Shown: positions 1 to 13,062 of the stretch, piece by piece
How positions within the stretch are numbered: the first letter of the stretch is position 1
How the letters are laid out: every line of letters begins with the position of its first letter
From: Xylographa opegraphella
Taxonomy: Eukaryota
Reading direction: 5' to 3'
Length of the DNA stretch: 39,008 nucleotides
Assembly: GCA_022813865.1 (NCBI GenBank)
Contig: JALDZX010000103.1
Location: forward strand, 1 to 39,008
Notes under the pieces: model-generated
What the model was told of the DNA's origin: nothing
Database searches by the model: none
The model's input: the letters and a program-made list of their open reading frames with translations, nothing else
Program-made: the position numbers and the translations under genes

Positions 1-61
<61 letters not shown>
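1..61. repeat. (TAA)n microsatellite, truncated by the window start
   Basis: About 20 perfect TAA units. Confidence 0.95.
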
Positions 62-62
<1 letters not shown>

Positions 63-497
63 TAAAATTATACGAATTTTTAAAATACGCATAAATTTAT
101 ATAATTCGATTAATTTAATATAATATACGCAGATTACGCAAGTTCGTAAACGTGTAAAATACGCGTAAATTTCATAAACACGCGTATATCTGCAAAATTC
201 GTTTATTATAATAAAATATATATAAATCGCTCAGGCCTCGTAAATTTGCAAACGTATAATATACGCGTAAATTTATAAATTACGTATAAACGTGCGAATT
301 TCGCTTATTATAATAAAATACGCGCAGATTTTTCAATTTAAATAAACGCGCAAAATTCGTAATTATTACAAAACTCACGATAATTAAAATTTAATTTCAT
401 ATTATTAAAGAAATTTATTTCATTTCAATTCAATTCAATTCAGAAAAAAATTTAATTTAATTTACAAATAATTCAATTCAATTTATATCGTAATATA
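62..497 (+). mobile_element. Heavily RIP-mutated right arm of the hAT-like foldback family seen at 25612-27046
   Basis: gcaaacgtataatatacgcgtaaa aligns to gcagacgtataatatgcgcgcagg (~26781); aattcaattcagaaaaaaatttaatttaatttacaaataattcaattca aligns to the AACCC array at ~26940-26990; terminus tatcgtaatata matches tgccgcagtgta by C>T/G>A changes. Confidence 0.75.
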
Positions 498-770
498 TAT
501 TTAGTTTTAATCTTTATTTTCGATCAATCTAACGAAAATTCTGGCGAAAATAATACTCGAATAAATCATAAATTTTGTTATAAATTTTGCGTAAATTATA
601 AAAATTAAAATAATTTACGTAAAAATTTTCGCAAAATTTTTGTATTTTAATATTCGCGATAACATAAGCCTGTGGCTTTTAATCAAAAATTTAAAAATTT
701 TAAATCTTAAAATCTCGAAATTACGTTCGCAAACGCGGGCCTGCGCTACGTTTGAGGTACTAAAACAATT
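498..770. repeat. AT-rich RIP-degraded repeat of unassigned family
   Basis: Very AT-rich with CpG retained; abrupt switch to genic composition near 770. Confidence 0.55.
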
Positions 771-1453
771 CCGTTCTCACTAATTTTCTAGTTTACCACA
801 GTACGGGTTCTATCAACAGTGGCAAGTCCAAGCATCAGTCATCCAATAAAAAACGCGTTGTGATATTTTACTTGGTTTTTTTACTATGATATTCGAGCGA
901 TTGTGCAGCTAGTAGTAATTACATTATTAATGACTGGTTTACAATGACGCTCCAGGCTTGTTCGCTGACATTAGATAGCAAACACTGGAGCGATGCGCCT
1001 CAGATTGAGACGGCTTCTCCTTCCTAGATTTCGGCAAACCGCTGGTGCAGCCAACGACTGCGGCAGTATTAGATCTCCAGGTTCAGATCGCTTCATGAGC
1101 AAAAGAACGACCATGCGGGGCTGATGTTTAGGTGAAGCTTGAGCAATGCGCTGAGGCCTTTATGAGAGCAAAGAAAAGCTGGTAGCAACCGAAGTTCCCA
1201 TAATGACGTGGCGGCGGTGTGCCGGTACGAGCAAATCGGAGAAAATTGTTAACGAGGTTCGTTTCAACAGCGACCAGGATGCGAGCCGAAAGCTTATGGG
1301 TGCATCTAGTAAGGTAGTGAAGCAATGGTTGCCGGAAATCTTGCCGTAGGAAGATCATGAAGCCGCAGAACAAGGTATGCCTCTAAAAAGCCCTTCTTTA
1401 CGCAGTTGGAAAAGGGCTAGATTCGTGGTATTGAAACTGAGCGAGTAGAGCTC

Positions 1454-4111
1454 CTAGTGAAGGTCCAAGTGCCCGGTCGAAGCATCACCCCCTGTGACGT
1501 CTGCAATAGACTGGTGATACATATAGGATGGAAGCATCGTGTAAGGAGCAAATCCAATTGATGGATACTGGAAATGGCCACCAGAGATCTCGGCTTCGCC
1601 TGGAGTCACGGGAGATCCAAAGGGACCAAATTGGGTATGATAATACGTTGGATCATAAGGAAACTGTGAGAAAACCGGCGGCGCCACAATCGGAGGAGGT
1701 ATACCCCCTTGATTGGTCATGGTAGTGGTTGGGGAGAATTGCTGAGGCCCTGTCACACCCGAGAATATGAACGACACCAATGCTGGATGAATTCCGGAGG
1801 CCAAGGCGCGACCCACTGCGTGACTTGGATTGACCATGCCCCCCAATGAGTCGGGAGAGGCGGCTCCAGTCCGACGACGAGGACTTCCTGAAGAAACCAT
1901 GTAGTTTGCACGATGTGGTTGATGAACTGGAGAGTGTTTAATCTCAACACGTAGGCGAACTCCATCAAGAACGTACTTCATGATGTTAGCCGTGGAAGAC
2001 CAAGTCATTTGCAGTTGAGCATCTTACATCCTGACTAACCGCACATCGAGCTTCTTCTTCGGAGCCTAATTCAACGAACGCAAACACACAGATGCCGACG
2101 GCTGCTGCTATGGCGAATCAGTACACTGGCATCCTTGCCTAAATGACAACATTCTTACCGTTATTGACTGGCTTGGATATGATTTCAACACCGTTAACCC
2201 TACCATGAGCTTGGAAAAGTGTACACAGTTGAGCCTGTGTCACCGAAAGCGGCAGACCACCAACATAGACAGAACTACGGTCTGGGGTACGCCACATGCG
2301 AAGCTGTGGAGTTTCGTAGCTCCGACCTGGTGTCAACCTCGTCAAAGGTGATTGATTTGTACGATCGACACGACTCTTGGTCTCCGTCGGAAGTGCAGGC
2401 TCTTCTAGGCGGAACTTTGGGTGATCTTTAAATGCCTGCTCAGGTCAGCAGCGTTCGATAGTTTGCAATGCATGCTCTTGTACATTCTGTGCATCGCGAG
2501 CGCCCTGGAAGTAGGCCCACATAACCCAAACGCCATCTGGAAGACGATACATCTCTTTATCGGTTGGTGAAGTGACCCAGACTTTCTCGAAAGGCCCAAA
2601 GTCCTTGAGTATGTCACAGGCTTCTTCCTCAGATATAGCACCACCGGTCACGCGGGAAAGATAAAGTGAACCTATCAGAGTGAGCCATTACAAGAGTCTC
2701 AACAAGACATGTTGAGCTTACGGTGTGCCTTGGCACGTTCTGTACGACACTGACGACCATCGATTGCAATGCCGCGTCCATGCTCTATAGCACGCTCTGA
2801 ATCAGACACATTCTGCTTACTTTAGTTTGAAACAAGGAAGAGCTCTTGTCACGGTAGGTCTTACTTCATACTGCGCGAAAGCATAAGGCATACTCCTATT
2901 ATCGCGACGAATCTTGACGTACACTCGTCCGAACTGTTCAAACACTCGGGTAACCGAATACTCTAGTTGCTCATCCGTTCGTGTAGAAGATAAGCTGAAG
3001 CATGTCAGTGTAAGATCATTCCAGAGGAGCGACACCCACTTTGCCACGAAGACGCATGCCATAGGAGGCAACAAGGCTTGAGCATTATCATTCGTCACTT
3101 CTACCCCGTTAATAATGGTAGGAGGATGGAGTGATCCAGTGGGATGCATGCTGTTGTTATTATTTTCTATTTGCTATTCAGCATCATAAAGTCGATTGCG
3201 GGTTATGAGCTTTGCGCCCCAGTTTTTGCTTACTGCCAACATAGAAGATATCTTTGTCAGCTTGACCTTGCACGAAGTTCTCCCGGTCTCCACGCCAGGT
3301 TGGGGGTTTTGGCTTGTCCTTGGTGCGGTTTTCAGTAAGAGAGGAATCATTAGAGCCAGTAGATACACTGCAAGATGCAGAGTATGTGCCGGTGGTGGTG
3401 ACCTTCGAAGGAGACAATTGCTCCACAAGGGTGAGTCCGACTTCGCGACTGAGTTGAAGTCCACTGAGGCGAGCTACAACGTCATCCGATGTACGACCAG
3501 ACCGTGCAACAATAGCTGGGTCTTTGCAAGTTAGTACATGCTAGAGAATACAGATTGATGAGGGGGACATTCGAAACACGAGAGATAGACGCATAGCAAC
3601 TTCAAAAAAATCGGATTTTGAAACCAGCTCATCGCCATCGTTACAGCGGGCAGTAGGAGAGCATTGGCATTTATTGAGAGAACAATGGTTCCAACAATCA
3701 AAAACCCAGCGGTGAAATCCTTGATCAAACCCGAATATTCATATAGGCCGAACAGCATACTGAATCCATGAGGCGGCTCGTGTTTCAAGATTAGATGATT
3801 TAAATCAGATCATTCAATTGTGAAGCAGTACAACGACACACCAGAAAGTTCCAGGAGTGTACAAGCGAACAATAATGGAGAGCGCCGAATGTCGATGGTG
3901 CAATGAAGGAAGACTTACCATTGAACCCTCGAGGCGTTGCCGGAACACTATCACCCACAGCAGAAGTGCCATAGGTACTAGCTGGAGACGGCTCAGTCGC
4001 TGCAGCTTGAGCCACCTTGGGAGCGACAGTCTTTTCCACAAGAGGAACAGCCACCTTGGCAGAGTACTTTGAGCCGGAGACAACAGTCGGCGTCGCTGGG
4101 GAGGTGCTCAT
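1454..4111 (-). CDS. RIM4: Multi-exon RNA-binding protein with three RRMs, similar to meiotic activator Rim4
   Basis: Spliced model (ATG 4111, alternative 4123; exon1 to 3919, exon2 3515-3234, exon3 3166-3040, further short GT-AG introns, stop 1456-1454) gives ACVFVANLSSTRTDEQLEYSVTRVFEQFGRVYVKIRRDNRSMPYAFAQYENVSDSERAIEHGRGIAIDGRQCRTERAKAHRSLYLSR, closely resembling Rim4 RRM1; later RRM DRSSVYVGGLP...VFAFVE; P/Y/G-rich low-complexity tail. Confidence 0.78.
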
Positions 4112-5176
4112 CTTGACCTGCATTGGGTTCAATGAAGATGATTGATGGAAGTATTGAAAATTGGAAAAGAAGGTGATTAAGTCGTGCCGAGCTTACACGA
4201 TGGAAGGTAGGAAAGCTGTTCGGGAAGGACCGTCCTTTGCTTGGGCTGATGGTCAACTACAGATAGATCCACTTGATATCGACGAAACGAATGAAGGTGC
4301 TGGTTGCAGAAGGGAGGAAGGTGTGTATGAGAAGAAGGAAAGAAGGGAAATAACAGAAGAAGAGAAACTGAAAGCTGAAGGATTCCTGTAAGGAACCACA
4401 TTCTAGCGTTACGCTATGTGGAATAGATCTAGATGTCCATATGACCAGCAGGAGGAGACTTTGCCCATCCGAAAACTCGTTCCTCGAAGGTTGCGAGATG
4501 TGTCTTCTGAATCGAAATCCCGTGGCAGATCTTCCTGCCAGACCTCGAATGCGCTTGCTGTGGCTTCTGATTGGTTGATCAGGCGCGACGGCTGGGTGAC
4601 ATCGGTGGACCCTAAGTGCTAACGGATACAGGCTAGCGTATATACCCCGCTAGCAATATGCAAGATTGGCGAGCATCGTCGATCTCTCCTTGCATCCCGC
4701 CTTGATTGCTAGCCCTTGGCGTTTCCGGCCGCTAACCGAGCTTATCAAGACGTCAGCAATAACCGCTGTGACGAACTGTTGAAGCGTGCAAGAACGTAAT
4801 CTTTAGACTCGGAATGGTCGTAGACGTGTATCATGTACCTTATGTACCGAAGTAAACGCTGGCATGAAATGAATGAAAAGCCCAATGCTGTTGACAGAAT
4901 GAGTATTCGCACCGGTCAGGGCAGGAGAAGGCCTGGTAGTGCTGGCAATTCATTATCACCGCCCATTATGTAGATATTTGCGCCTCCCCAAATCCGCTTC
5001 CCCCCCACACCTATCTTATTATCAACCTGAAATGTTGTGCACCTTCATGCCAGAGCTTATTCAAGATAACATCGTCCGCTCTCGCGGTTGACAGCCCTCT
5101 AGACAAAATCTATTCCAGCGGAGCAGTCAGCCAGAAGGAAGCACATTACTCTTGAAGACAAGTTGATTACCACGTT

Positions 5177-5989
5177 ATGCGTACCACGCCTCTGCTGCTT
5201 GTTCCAGGTCTTGCCAGACGTAGCCTTGAAGAGTTCAAGCGGTTTGCGAAGATTGGTAAGTCGAGTAGCTTTGGAGGGCGTACACGGAAACTGATAAAGC
5301 GGTACGTAGCTATAAAGCAGGAGGGTCTTACAGTTCCAGCCGCTCCTTACCCACTGCTCGATTTCAGAGACCCGTCGACCATCGAAGTTTGTAAGACGAT
5401 GTCTGACGCCGATATTGGTGGCTATTCACAGGTCAACCTCATACATATTCCGGGCTCTGATACCACTCCTTCGCATGCTCGTTTCCACGGAAGTATATCC
5501 ACCGAGCTACCGACCAACCGTCCCCACATACAAAGAACTGGCTATGCGGCATGGAGAAACCGCGACCGACGAGGCACAATATTTGGCAAGAGCCTATGGG
5601 ATGTGGACCCATATGCTTATCTTGGTCTACGGGTCAAATCAGATGGAAGGAAATATTTTGTAAATGTACAAACAGAGACAATCGTACCCACGGACTTGCA
5701 TCAACACCGTCTCTACTCACGCCGACCAGGAGAATGGGAGACAATAATGATTAAGTGGAGCGACTTTGTCCGGACAAATCACGGGGTAGTTGTGGAACCG
5801 CAAATGGAAATGCTGAGGCAGAAGGTTCGAACCATTGGAATTGGTCTCATAGATAGAATACCTGGACCGTTCGATCTAGCTATCGGGAGAATATGGGCCA
5901 CTAACAATCCCAACAATGGTCACACGGGGACAGGGGAAGGGGATTCAGGCAGGAATGTGGAAGGGAAAGCCGAAGCCAGAACGACTTGA
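5177..5989 (+). CDS. CIA30: Complex I intermediate-associated protein 30 (NDUFAF1 family), one intron 5256-5309
   Basis: Motifs SDADIGGYS, ARFHGSIS, RTGYAAWR, LRVKSDGRKYFVNVQT, FVRTNHG; canonical GTAAGT..CTGAT..TAG intron; known MAT-flank gene. Confidence 0.93.
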   Translation: MRTTPLLLVPGLARRSLEEFKRFAKIGKSSSFGGRTRKLIKRYVAIKQEGLTVPAAPYPLLDFRDPSTIEVCKTMSDADIGGYSQVNLIHIPGSDTTPSHARFHGSISTELPTNRPHIQRTGYAAWRNRDRRGTIFGKSLWDVDPYAYLGLRVKSDGRKYFVNVQTETIVPTDLHQHRLYSRRPGEWETIMIKWSDFVRTNHGVVVEPQMEMLRQKVRTIGIGLIDRIPGPFDLAIGRIWATNNPNNGHTGTGEGDSGRNVEGKAEARTT

Positions 5990-6341
5990 AATTATTGACA
6001 CTCACAGTAGCCGTTATTGATCTTGATTGGCACAAAGATATATGGCTGAATTAGTAGCGAGACACTGAAGAAGTGGCGGTTTGTATTGTATTGTAATACT
6101 GAGAAGTATATGTTCTCAGCACAATGTTGCTCGATAGCGTCAGTCTACCATGCAATCCCTCAGGCTTTCCAAATCCCATCCTAGGAGCTTTTGCATTGCC
6201 GTCCAAATCCAAGCCATCCCTATTGTAGCTCCTGGTCCCCGTGATCTCATGAACGCCCACACTAAAGTACTTCGTCACACCGCCATTACACCCAATCCGA
6301 ATGCTGACCTGACAAGCGAGGAGCCAGATTCCTTCTGGAGC

Positions 6342-8938
6342 ATGTCTCGATACCTGAATGCTCCCAAATTGGGTCTTCTTGCGCTCATCTCTCTATATGG
6401 TGATTCTGTTGTTCCGACGGCAGCGATTGTTCCATTACTCTCATTTGTTGTTTCCTTTCTTTTACCACAAGCAATTGCGGGAGGGCGTCAATCTCGTGAG
6501 GAGGGATACTTTTCAGCCAGTTCCATCGGCGACATTCGGGAGGCCACTATCGTACATGCATCAGGTATTCCGGGTCGTACATTATGGGACCTGTTCCTTA
6601 AAAAGCTATGGGAAGTCAATTCTTTCGATCAATTGCATGTCTTCTTTGACTCTTTAGGTCTCCTCCTCCCAAAAAGTCCAGAAGAAGCACAGAAAGATGC
6701 AGACGTAAGACATTTGTCTCTTCCTGGTCCTATTCGATTCTCGAGAAATTCTCTCTTTGGCGTGTTTCTCAGGCGGGCCCAACTTGAATTCACAAGAATG
6801 CAGTTACATGACATTACTACTCTGTGGAAAAGCTTCGTTTTTTACAGGAATCCCACACTTTCTACCTGGAGGAGAAGAAACCCGGGTTCTGGACAAGCTA
6901 GTTATGATATCAATGATAGGCAAGAGGATTTCTACTTGGTATTGTATAGAGATACCATGGAAGCAGATCATAGCAGAGGGTACAACAGTGTTGAAGATAT
7001 CGAGAAGTTGTTGGACTTTCAGAGAGATCGGATGCAAGGTTTCAATCTGCAAGACCGTTTCGAGGTATTCATCACCACCACTGACTCTTGCAATTTAGCA
7101 ACCGGAAATAGGATTACTGAGGACATGCAAAGGCAACTCACGGAGATGATACAGGCCGGAACAAATGTCCCAGCCCTCTTTCATTATGTCAAGTTAGCTT
7201 GAATCACGGAGATGTCTATTCGGTTTTCTGACGTGCTATTAGTTTCCTAGACGCCTGGAAGTGTGGCGATTATCCATCGTCCTTTGATAATCTGCACCGC
7301 TTCTATGACTACACAATGCACAACCGGGACAGGACATTTTATCAATACGCCTTGCTTAATCTTGCAATATTACAAAAAGATTTTGGCTGTCTCCCAGAAG
7401 CAGTCACGGCAATGCGTGAAACTATTTCAGCGGCAAGGGAGAATAAGGACTTGGGCTGCCTGAACTTCAGCCTCTCCTGGCTACACCACCTTAGCAAGGC
7501 ATACCCCACAGAAATTCACGGAACACAGAAAGGTGGAGTGCTTGGGAATGACAGAGAAGCTCTTGTGTTCATGAAGGCAAAAGCCAAGGAGTCTGGTATG
7601 TGGGGTCTCCTAAGCACTACATTTTTGAGCGAGGCTGGACTAGCTCTCGTGAATGTGAGTAATCTTTGGCGTAGTTTGCCGTCAAGTTAAAGTTGAGTGG
7701 AGCAGGGAGAAAGTGTTTCTATGGCACTCGAGAACATCACGAAAGCGTCTTATCTGAGTTTCGTTAAAAATGTGCCTTCAACGGTCGCTGGCGAGTTACG
7801 GTTGCAATCGTCTGTATTCAGTAGGCTCGGTAAGCCGTCAGTGATAGCTCATCTGATATGTCTCTGACCACAAGCTTAGGCATAAGCTGTATTGCATGTT
7901 CTCTAGAAGAACTTTTGCTTGAATGTCATTTTGAGCACTCTTCAGCGGAGGAGTTACTACAAGCTTTAAGCAAAAGAGCTTGTGAGGTATGTTGATCCAA
8001 TCTTAAACGCTCGCCGTAGACTTATGATGAGATAGATGGCCCTCAAAGGTCGGCATGGTGATGCACTTGTGAGAATGGAAAATATAGATCCTGGTATCTT
8101 GCGAACCTTGAAGCATCGACAATGCTGGCGGACGTGTGTGGATCTGTTGCACCTTCAGCACGCTCTCCATAGGTGAAACCACTACATATCAGGAAGCACC
8201 CTTCGCTAAAAGTTCTTTTGTAGAGATGACCTGAATGCCGCAGAACATTTTCTATCTCAACTGCAGGCGAACCCGCCTTCAGACCGGGAGTTGTCCTTTC
8301 CAATCATGGTCCTTGAGGTAAACGTACAACTAAGGCAACAAAACTATAGCAATGCTATCCTGCTTCTTGAGAAGCACGCCGGAGAACTGCAAACTGAAAA
8401 CGCTGATATTCTCTTTCGGGTATTCTTGATGACGCTAAAGGCCCAGATATATAACCAAGCAGGATTAGCTCAGAAGGCGTTCTCTATCGCTATTCGAGCC
8501 GCATGTCTGGCTTATGAAGCGCGGCTTCTTCCAAGTCTCTGGCAAGCTGTCATAGTCCTTTGCCAAGTTTTGAACAGCCTTCAAGAATTCGACGGTGGCT
8601 TGAAGCTATTGAGAGCCATCATACCACAAGCGCTCGAATGCGAAGACTGCGAATTAGCAGGCACTGCCTTCTCTGCTCTTGCAGATACACATATCGGCAT
8701 CGCTGGGAAGATGCTTGATGGATCCATAAAGCAAAAGGAACATATGACGAGAGGGTTAGGATATCTAGAGATGGCTTTTGATGAGTATGCGCGAGGCAAT
8801 CTTCTTCGAGGTCAATGTGAAATGCTCGCGAAGAAAGCTACAATCCTGCACCTCAATGGGGATCTTGTACTTGCCAATGACTGCGCTGCTAGATATCTAG
8901 CTATACTAAAGACCGCAGACGACGAGGTACTTATGTGA
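6342..8938 (+). CDS. APC5: Anaphase-promoting complex subunit 5 (7 exons)
   Basis: Start MSRYLNAPKLGLLALISLY; motifs GRTLWDLFLKKLW, SLFGVFLRRAQLEF, DNLHRFYDY, YQYALLNLAILQ; introns 7039-7098, 7193-7242, 7655-7705 and three more give an open frame; conserved position next to COX13. Confidence 0.92.
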
Positions 8939-9208
8939 GGCGGCAACGCTACATCAGTGGAGTGTTAGGAAGATATACGAGGGTGCAATTGGTTCACCTT
9001 TGGAATTGAGTCACTTGGCTATACTTACTTTGGGTCACCATGTGTACTAGGGCATGCCATCTGCATGATTAATACGTATGCTACGATCGAAATGAACGGG
9101 AAAGTCGTTCTGTGATAGCTTCGATGAAGTTTGTTCCACTTCCCACTACCAAGCCCACAACTTCCTGCCAATCCCGCAACACCACTAGTCCTCCTGAAAT
9201 CGTCCGGT

Positions 9209-9934
9209 TTACTCGTCTTTGTGATGATAATTTACCTTGTCATTCCAGCTAATGTAAAAGACCAGTCAGTGCCGATTTACCAACTACTTCGCTCGAGTAG
9301 CAGTGTAGCTCCGGCAAAGATGATCAACTTCTCAATATCCTCATTACTTCGATGCATGGTTGGGCTCACTTACAACAGTGTCTAGAGGACACCGATCAGC
9401 GTTGCCCCTTTTCTGGTAATGCACTCCTAGTCAGAAACACTAACCTTATCGCCATCGCCCCACGGGAAGTTCTTTGTCCTGATATTCTGATACGGATATT
9501 CCACACGCTCTTCCAAAGGAGGCAAATGGTTCCAATGATCCCAATGCTCAGTCCACAGGTTGTAGGCATTGACTGAGGCGATAACTAGGCACGGAATCAC
9601 AACACTACAAACCGTAAGCTGTCCTTCGAGGAACGAAAGAGTGAAAGTCTGGTACTAGATCGACAATTTGCGCCAAAGATCTGTCATCGATTAGTTCTGG
9701 AGTTCCACTGAGAAATCGAGCAGGCATATTACCGCTTGTGGCAGCTGCGTGTGCCTTCACAGCTTGTCTCTCACGGTTGAAAGCATTGTCTGCGGCTCCT
9801 GTAAGAGGCGGAACGTCGGTGCGAACGACATCAGAATGAGCTAAGCGTCGCTGGAAGTTGAGGCGTAGGGTAGGGGCTCGACCACGAAGTCCTATACGGT
9901 GAGGAACACGTACAAGTGATCGTTGGGAAAGCAT
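9209..9934 (-). CDS. COX13: Cytochrome c oxidase subunit VIa (5 exons including 8-nt microexon 9374-9381)
   Basis: Mitochondrial presequence; HAAATSDLWRKLSIYVVIP; EYPYQNIRTKNFPWGDGDKTLFWNDKVNYHHKDE*. Confidence 0.95.
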
Positions 9935-10058
9935 CGTATCACTTTGAGCGTAACTTCGATTTCGAATGTTGCGTCTCTTGGTTTATTCTATTAGCGGCCG
10001 GTACGGAGGTACTCTATGCTCAGGTGCAAGGTTGCCTCGGAGGTCCCTCAGACGGACC

Positions 10059-10178
10059 GCACTAGGCCCCTGCCGGTTAGTGCCCTTATCTTGATTATTA
10101 ATAAGTTAGCAGCGCGCTCTTTGTTACACAGCAAGGGGGTAAGCAAAACAAAAGCACTAAGCCGCAGGGGCTTAGTGC
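10059..10178. promoter_or_regulatory. Two inverted copies of a 25-bp quasi-palindrome in the divergent COX13/APN2 promoter
   Basis: 10154-10178 GCACTAAGCC-gcagg-GGCTTAGTGC (perfect 10-bp arms); 10059-10083 matches its reverse complement at 22/25. Confidence 0.5.
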
Positions 10179-10417
10179 CCAACGTGCAAGGTGCACGGTG
10201 CACTGTGCTTACCTACACAGTAATACATCTACCAAATCGGGTTAGACCGTCGCGTTTTCGAATTCACTGTTTATGCTACCCGAGCTATCCTAGCCATCGG
10301 TAGGCAACATGTGGTTCGTTCCTCGTCGTCTCAAGCTGCGATTGGCTGATGCAGTATGGGACGCGAGCCAAAAACAACAAGAAGCGTTGGAAGAGCACTT
10401 AGGACTACTGGTCGAAG

Positions 10418-12628
10418 ATGGTTCCTCGCATCACTACCTGGAATGGTACCATTTCCCATCGCTGCCGTTTGAGAGCATAATGGGTTCGCTAATCGAAAGG
10501 CCAAATAGTCAACGGCATACGGTGCTCGCCAGATAATGCCTGGAGCGGTGGTCAATGATTTTGCTGATCAGCGGCGAGCAGGAATCCATTCTCATATCAG
10601 CCATGGCGAGACAAGAGAACTCTCGCTGTGAGTGCCACCCGACAGTGATCACATTTTCTGGCTAACCGCGATCTAGGCTATGTTCGATATCCTAGAAGCC
10701 GATATTGTGGTCTTCCAGGAGACGAAAATTCAACGCAAAGACCTTCGAGACGATATGGTTCTGGTCCCCGGATGGGACTGCTTCTTTAGCTTCCCGAAGC
10801 ACAAGAAAGGTCCGGGTCACATGACGATCAAGATCTATCCAATAACTAAGTACTGCAGGCTATTCCGGCGTCGTGATATATACTCGTCAATCTGTCTGCT
10901 GTCCGATACGCGCCGAGGAAGGCATCTCTGGTGTCCTGTGTCGCCCATATTCGTCCACAAGTTTCTCAGATCTTCCTGAAGACCAGCAAATCGGTGGCTA
11001 TCCTACCATGGCCCAGGCCTCAGTTGCACAAGACTTGACAAATTTAGCAACCGACTTTGTGACCTTGGACTCAGAGGGTCGCTGCGTAATTCTCGAATTC
11101 CCAGCATTCGTGCTTCTCGGAGTTTATAGTCCCGCGAATCGCCATGAAACTAGGGATGATTTCCGCTTGGGTTTTCTCAATCTTCTCGACATCCGGGTTC
11201 GCAACCTTGTTTCAATGGGCAAGCGTGTCTTTCTGACCGGTGACTTGAACATCTCAAGAGAAGAGTTGGATACCGCCAATGCAGAGAGCGCAATGCGGAA
11301 GAATAGCATAACTACAGTTGAGTATTTTTCATCTCCTGCTCGTCGGCTTTTCAACCAGCTCCTCGAAGATGGTAAAGTCTATGGAGAGAGAGATCATGGA
11401 AGGGAGCGCGCAGTACTTTGGGACATTTGCCGCGGCTTTCATCCGATGCGGAAGGGTATGTTTACATGCTGGGAGCAGAAAGTCAATGCAAGGCCAGGAA
11501 ACTTTGGTGCGAGAATAGACTATGCCCTCTGCAGCATTTCCATGAAGGACTGGTTCTCTGATGCAAACATTCAAGAGGGTCTCATGGTTTGTCTTCTCGT
11601 TATCAAGACCCGCGTAACGCCTAACTTAAGCCCAGGGGTCGGACCATTGCCCTGTTTACGCGACGATGAAAGATGTAATAGCCATCGATGATATAAGAGT
11701 TGACACCAAAGATGTAATGAATCCTCCGGGGATATTTCGTCAAGGTCAGCGACAGCAAGAACTCTCTACGAAGGACATGTTGCCTTTATCTGGGAAGTTA
11801 ATACCGGAGTTTGATCGGCGACAAAGCATACTTGACATGTTTAAGCGAAACTCAACTTTACCTGTGCAACAAAGGCTCGAGATAACGAATCAGTCCGAGA
11901 CGGACTCAGCGATGGTACTCTCCGCCAATGGGATCCACGAGCTCGATGTCAATACCACTACACTAAAAGCGAATGTTGCAGATTATGACGCCACTGAAAA
12001 CCGTCCAGATCGAACTCATAGAGGGACTCCTTCGGAAACTCCTTCGGAAAACAACAGGAGGCAATCTCTTGAACAACAAAGCAAACGGCCATCGAAGCGT
12101 GTAAAGTTGGGCTCCGCAGCACCAGCAGGCTCGAATCAGATAAAGGGCCAACGAAGTCTAAAAGGCTTTTTCAAACCTGCATCTACAGAAGCTACGAATT
12201 CAGCGAAGATGCCAATTACCCAAAATCCATCTCCAGAGTCTCCACTGTCAAGGCCAGTTCCTACCACGGACTCAATACCGAGTAATCCTGCCTATACTCC
12301 TGTATTCGTGGATAGACTCATCACTTCATTACCTTCGTCTGAATCTCCATTTCCCAAAAGCAATGGGTCTGTGCCTCTTACTTTACACAATCCGATCGAG
12401 AGCAAGGAGTCCTGGTCAAAGCTATTTAATAAGCCGGCACTACCCCGCTGTGAGGGCCACAACGAGCCGTGTATCAGTCTGGTGACAAAGAAGAGCGGCA
12501 TTAATTGTGGGCGGTCCTTCTGGATGTGCCCTCGCCCACTGGGTCCAAGTGGAGCCAAGGAAAAGGGGACCCAATGGAGGTGTCAGACATTTGTATGGGG
12601 CAGTGATTGGAATTCGAAAGTGAATTGA
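10418..12628 (+). CDS. APN2: AP endonuclease / DNA lyase Apn2 (6 exons including 13-nt microexon 10509-10521)
   Basis: MVPRITTWNVNGIRNPF, FQETKI, GYSGV, GDLN, RIDY, GSDHCPV, PIP-box QRSLKGFF, C-terminal GRF zinc finger; canonical MAT flank. Confidence 0.96.
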
Positions 12629-13062
12629 ATCACAGAACCTTTAGGTTTCATTTCACAGCCATAATGTAATTTCTAGCTGTCGACGCCCCACCCACTAACG
12701 GCAATGAAGTCCGAAATTCCTAGTTCCATGAGCTATCGGTCCCACACCGGGGCGATGCTTTTTACTGAAGAGTTTTTCACATTGATTATGCAGAAGCAAA
12801 ACTTGCGATGTGAACACATCAACCGTTTTGTTCGTTCATACAACACGGTAGTGCCTTGTGGTTTGTAAACTTTAAGCTAATCGTCAGATTAGACTCCAAG
12901 AGAGTCGGTACAAGCAATGCACAGTCTCAGCAGAACAAAGAAAAATCGCTCTACTACTATCCGATGTCTCAGAATTTGCAACCTTCTCATTGCTTGGCGT
13001 TTGACATCTTGTGTGACCAAACAGCCGTTCCACCCAGCAATATGATCTCCTATACTAACAGC

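Noticed and set aside
730..790. Hairpin caaacg..cgtttg as a canonical Helitron 3' end
   Set aside because: Weak stem, no well-placed CTRR-T end and no second copy in the window.
6150..6341. Upstream in-frame extension of APC5
   Set aside because: Family-like N-terminus begins at MSRYL (6342); the extension is not supported.
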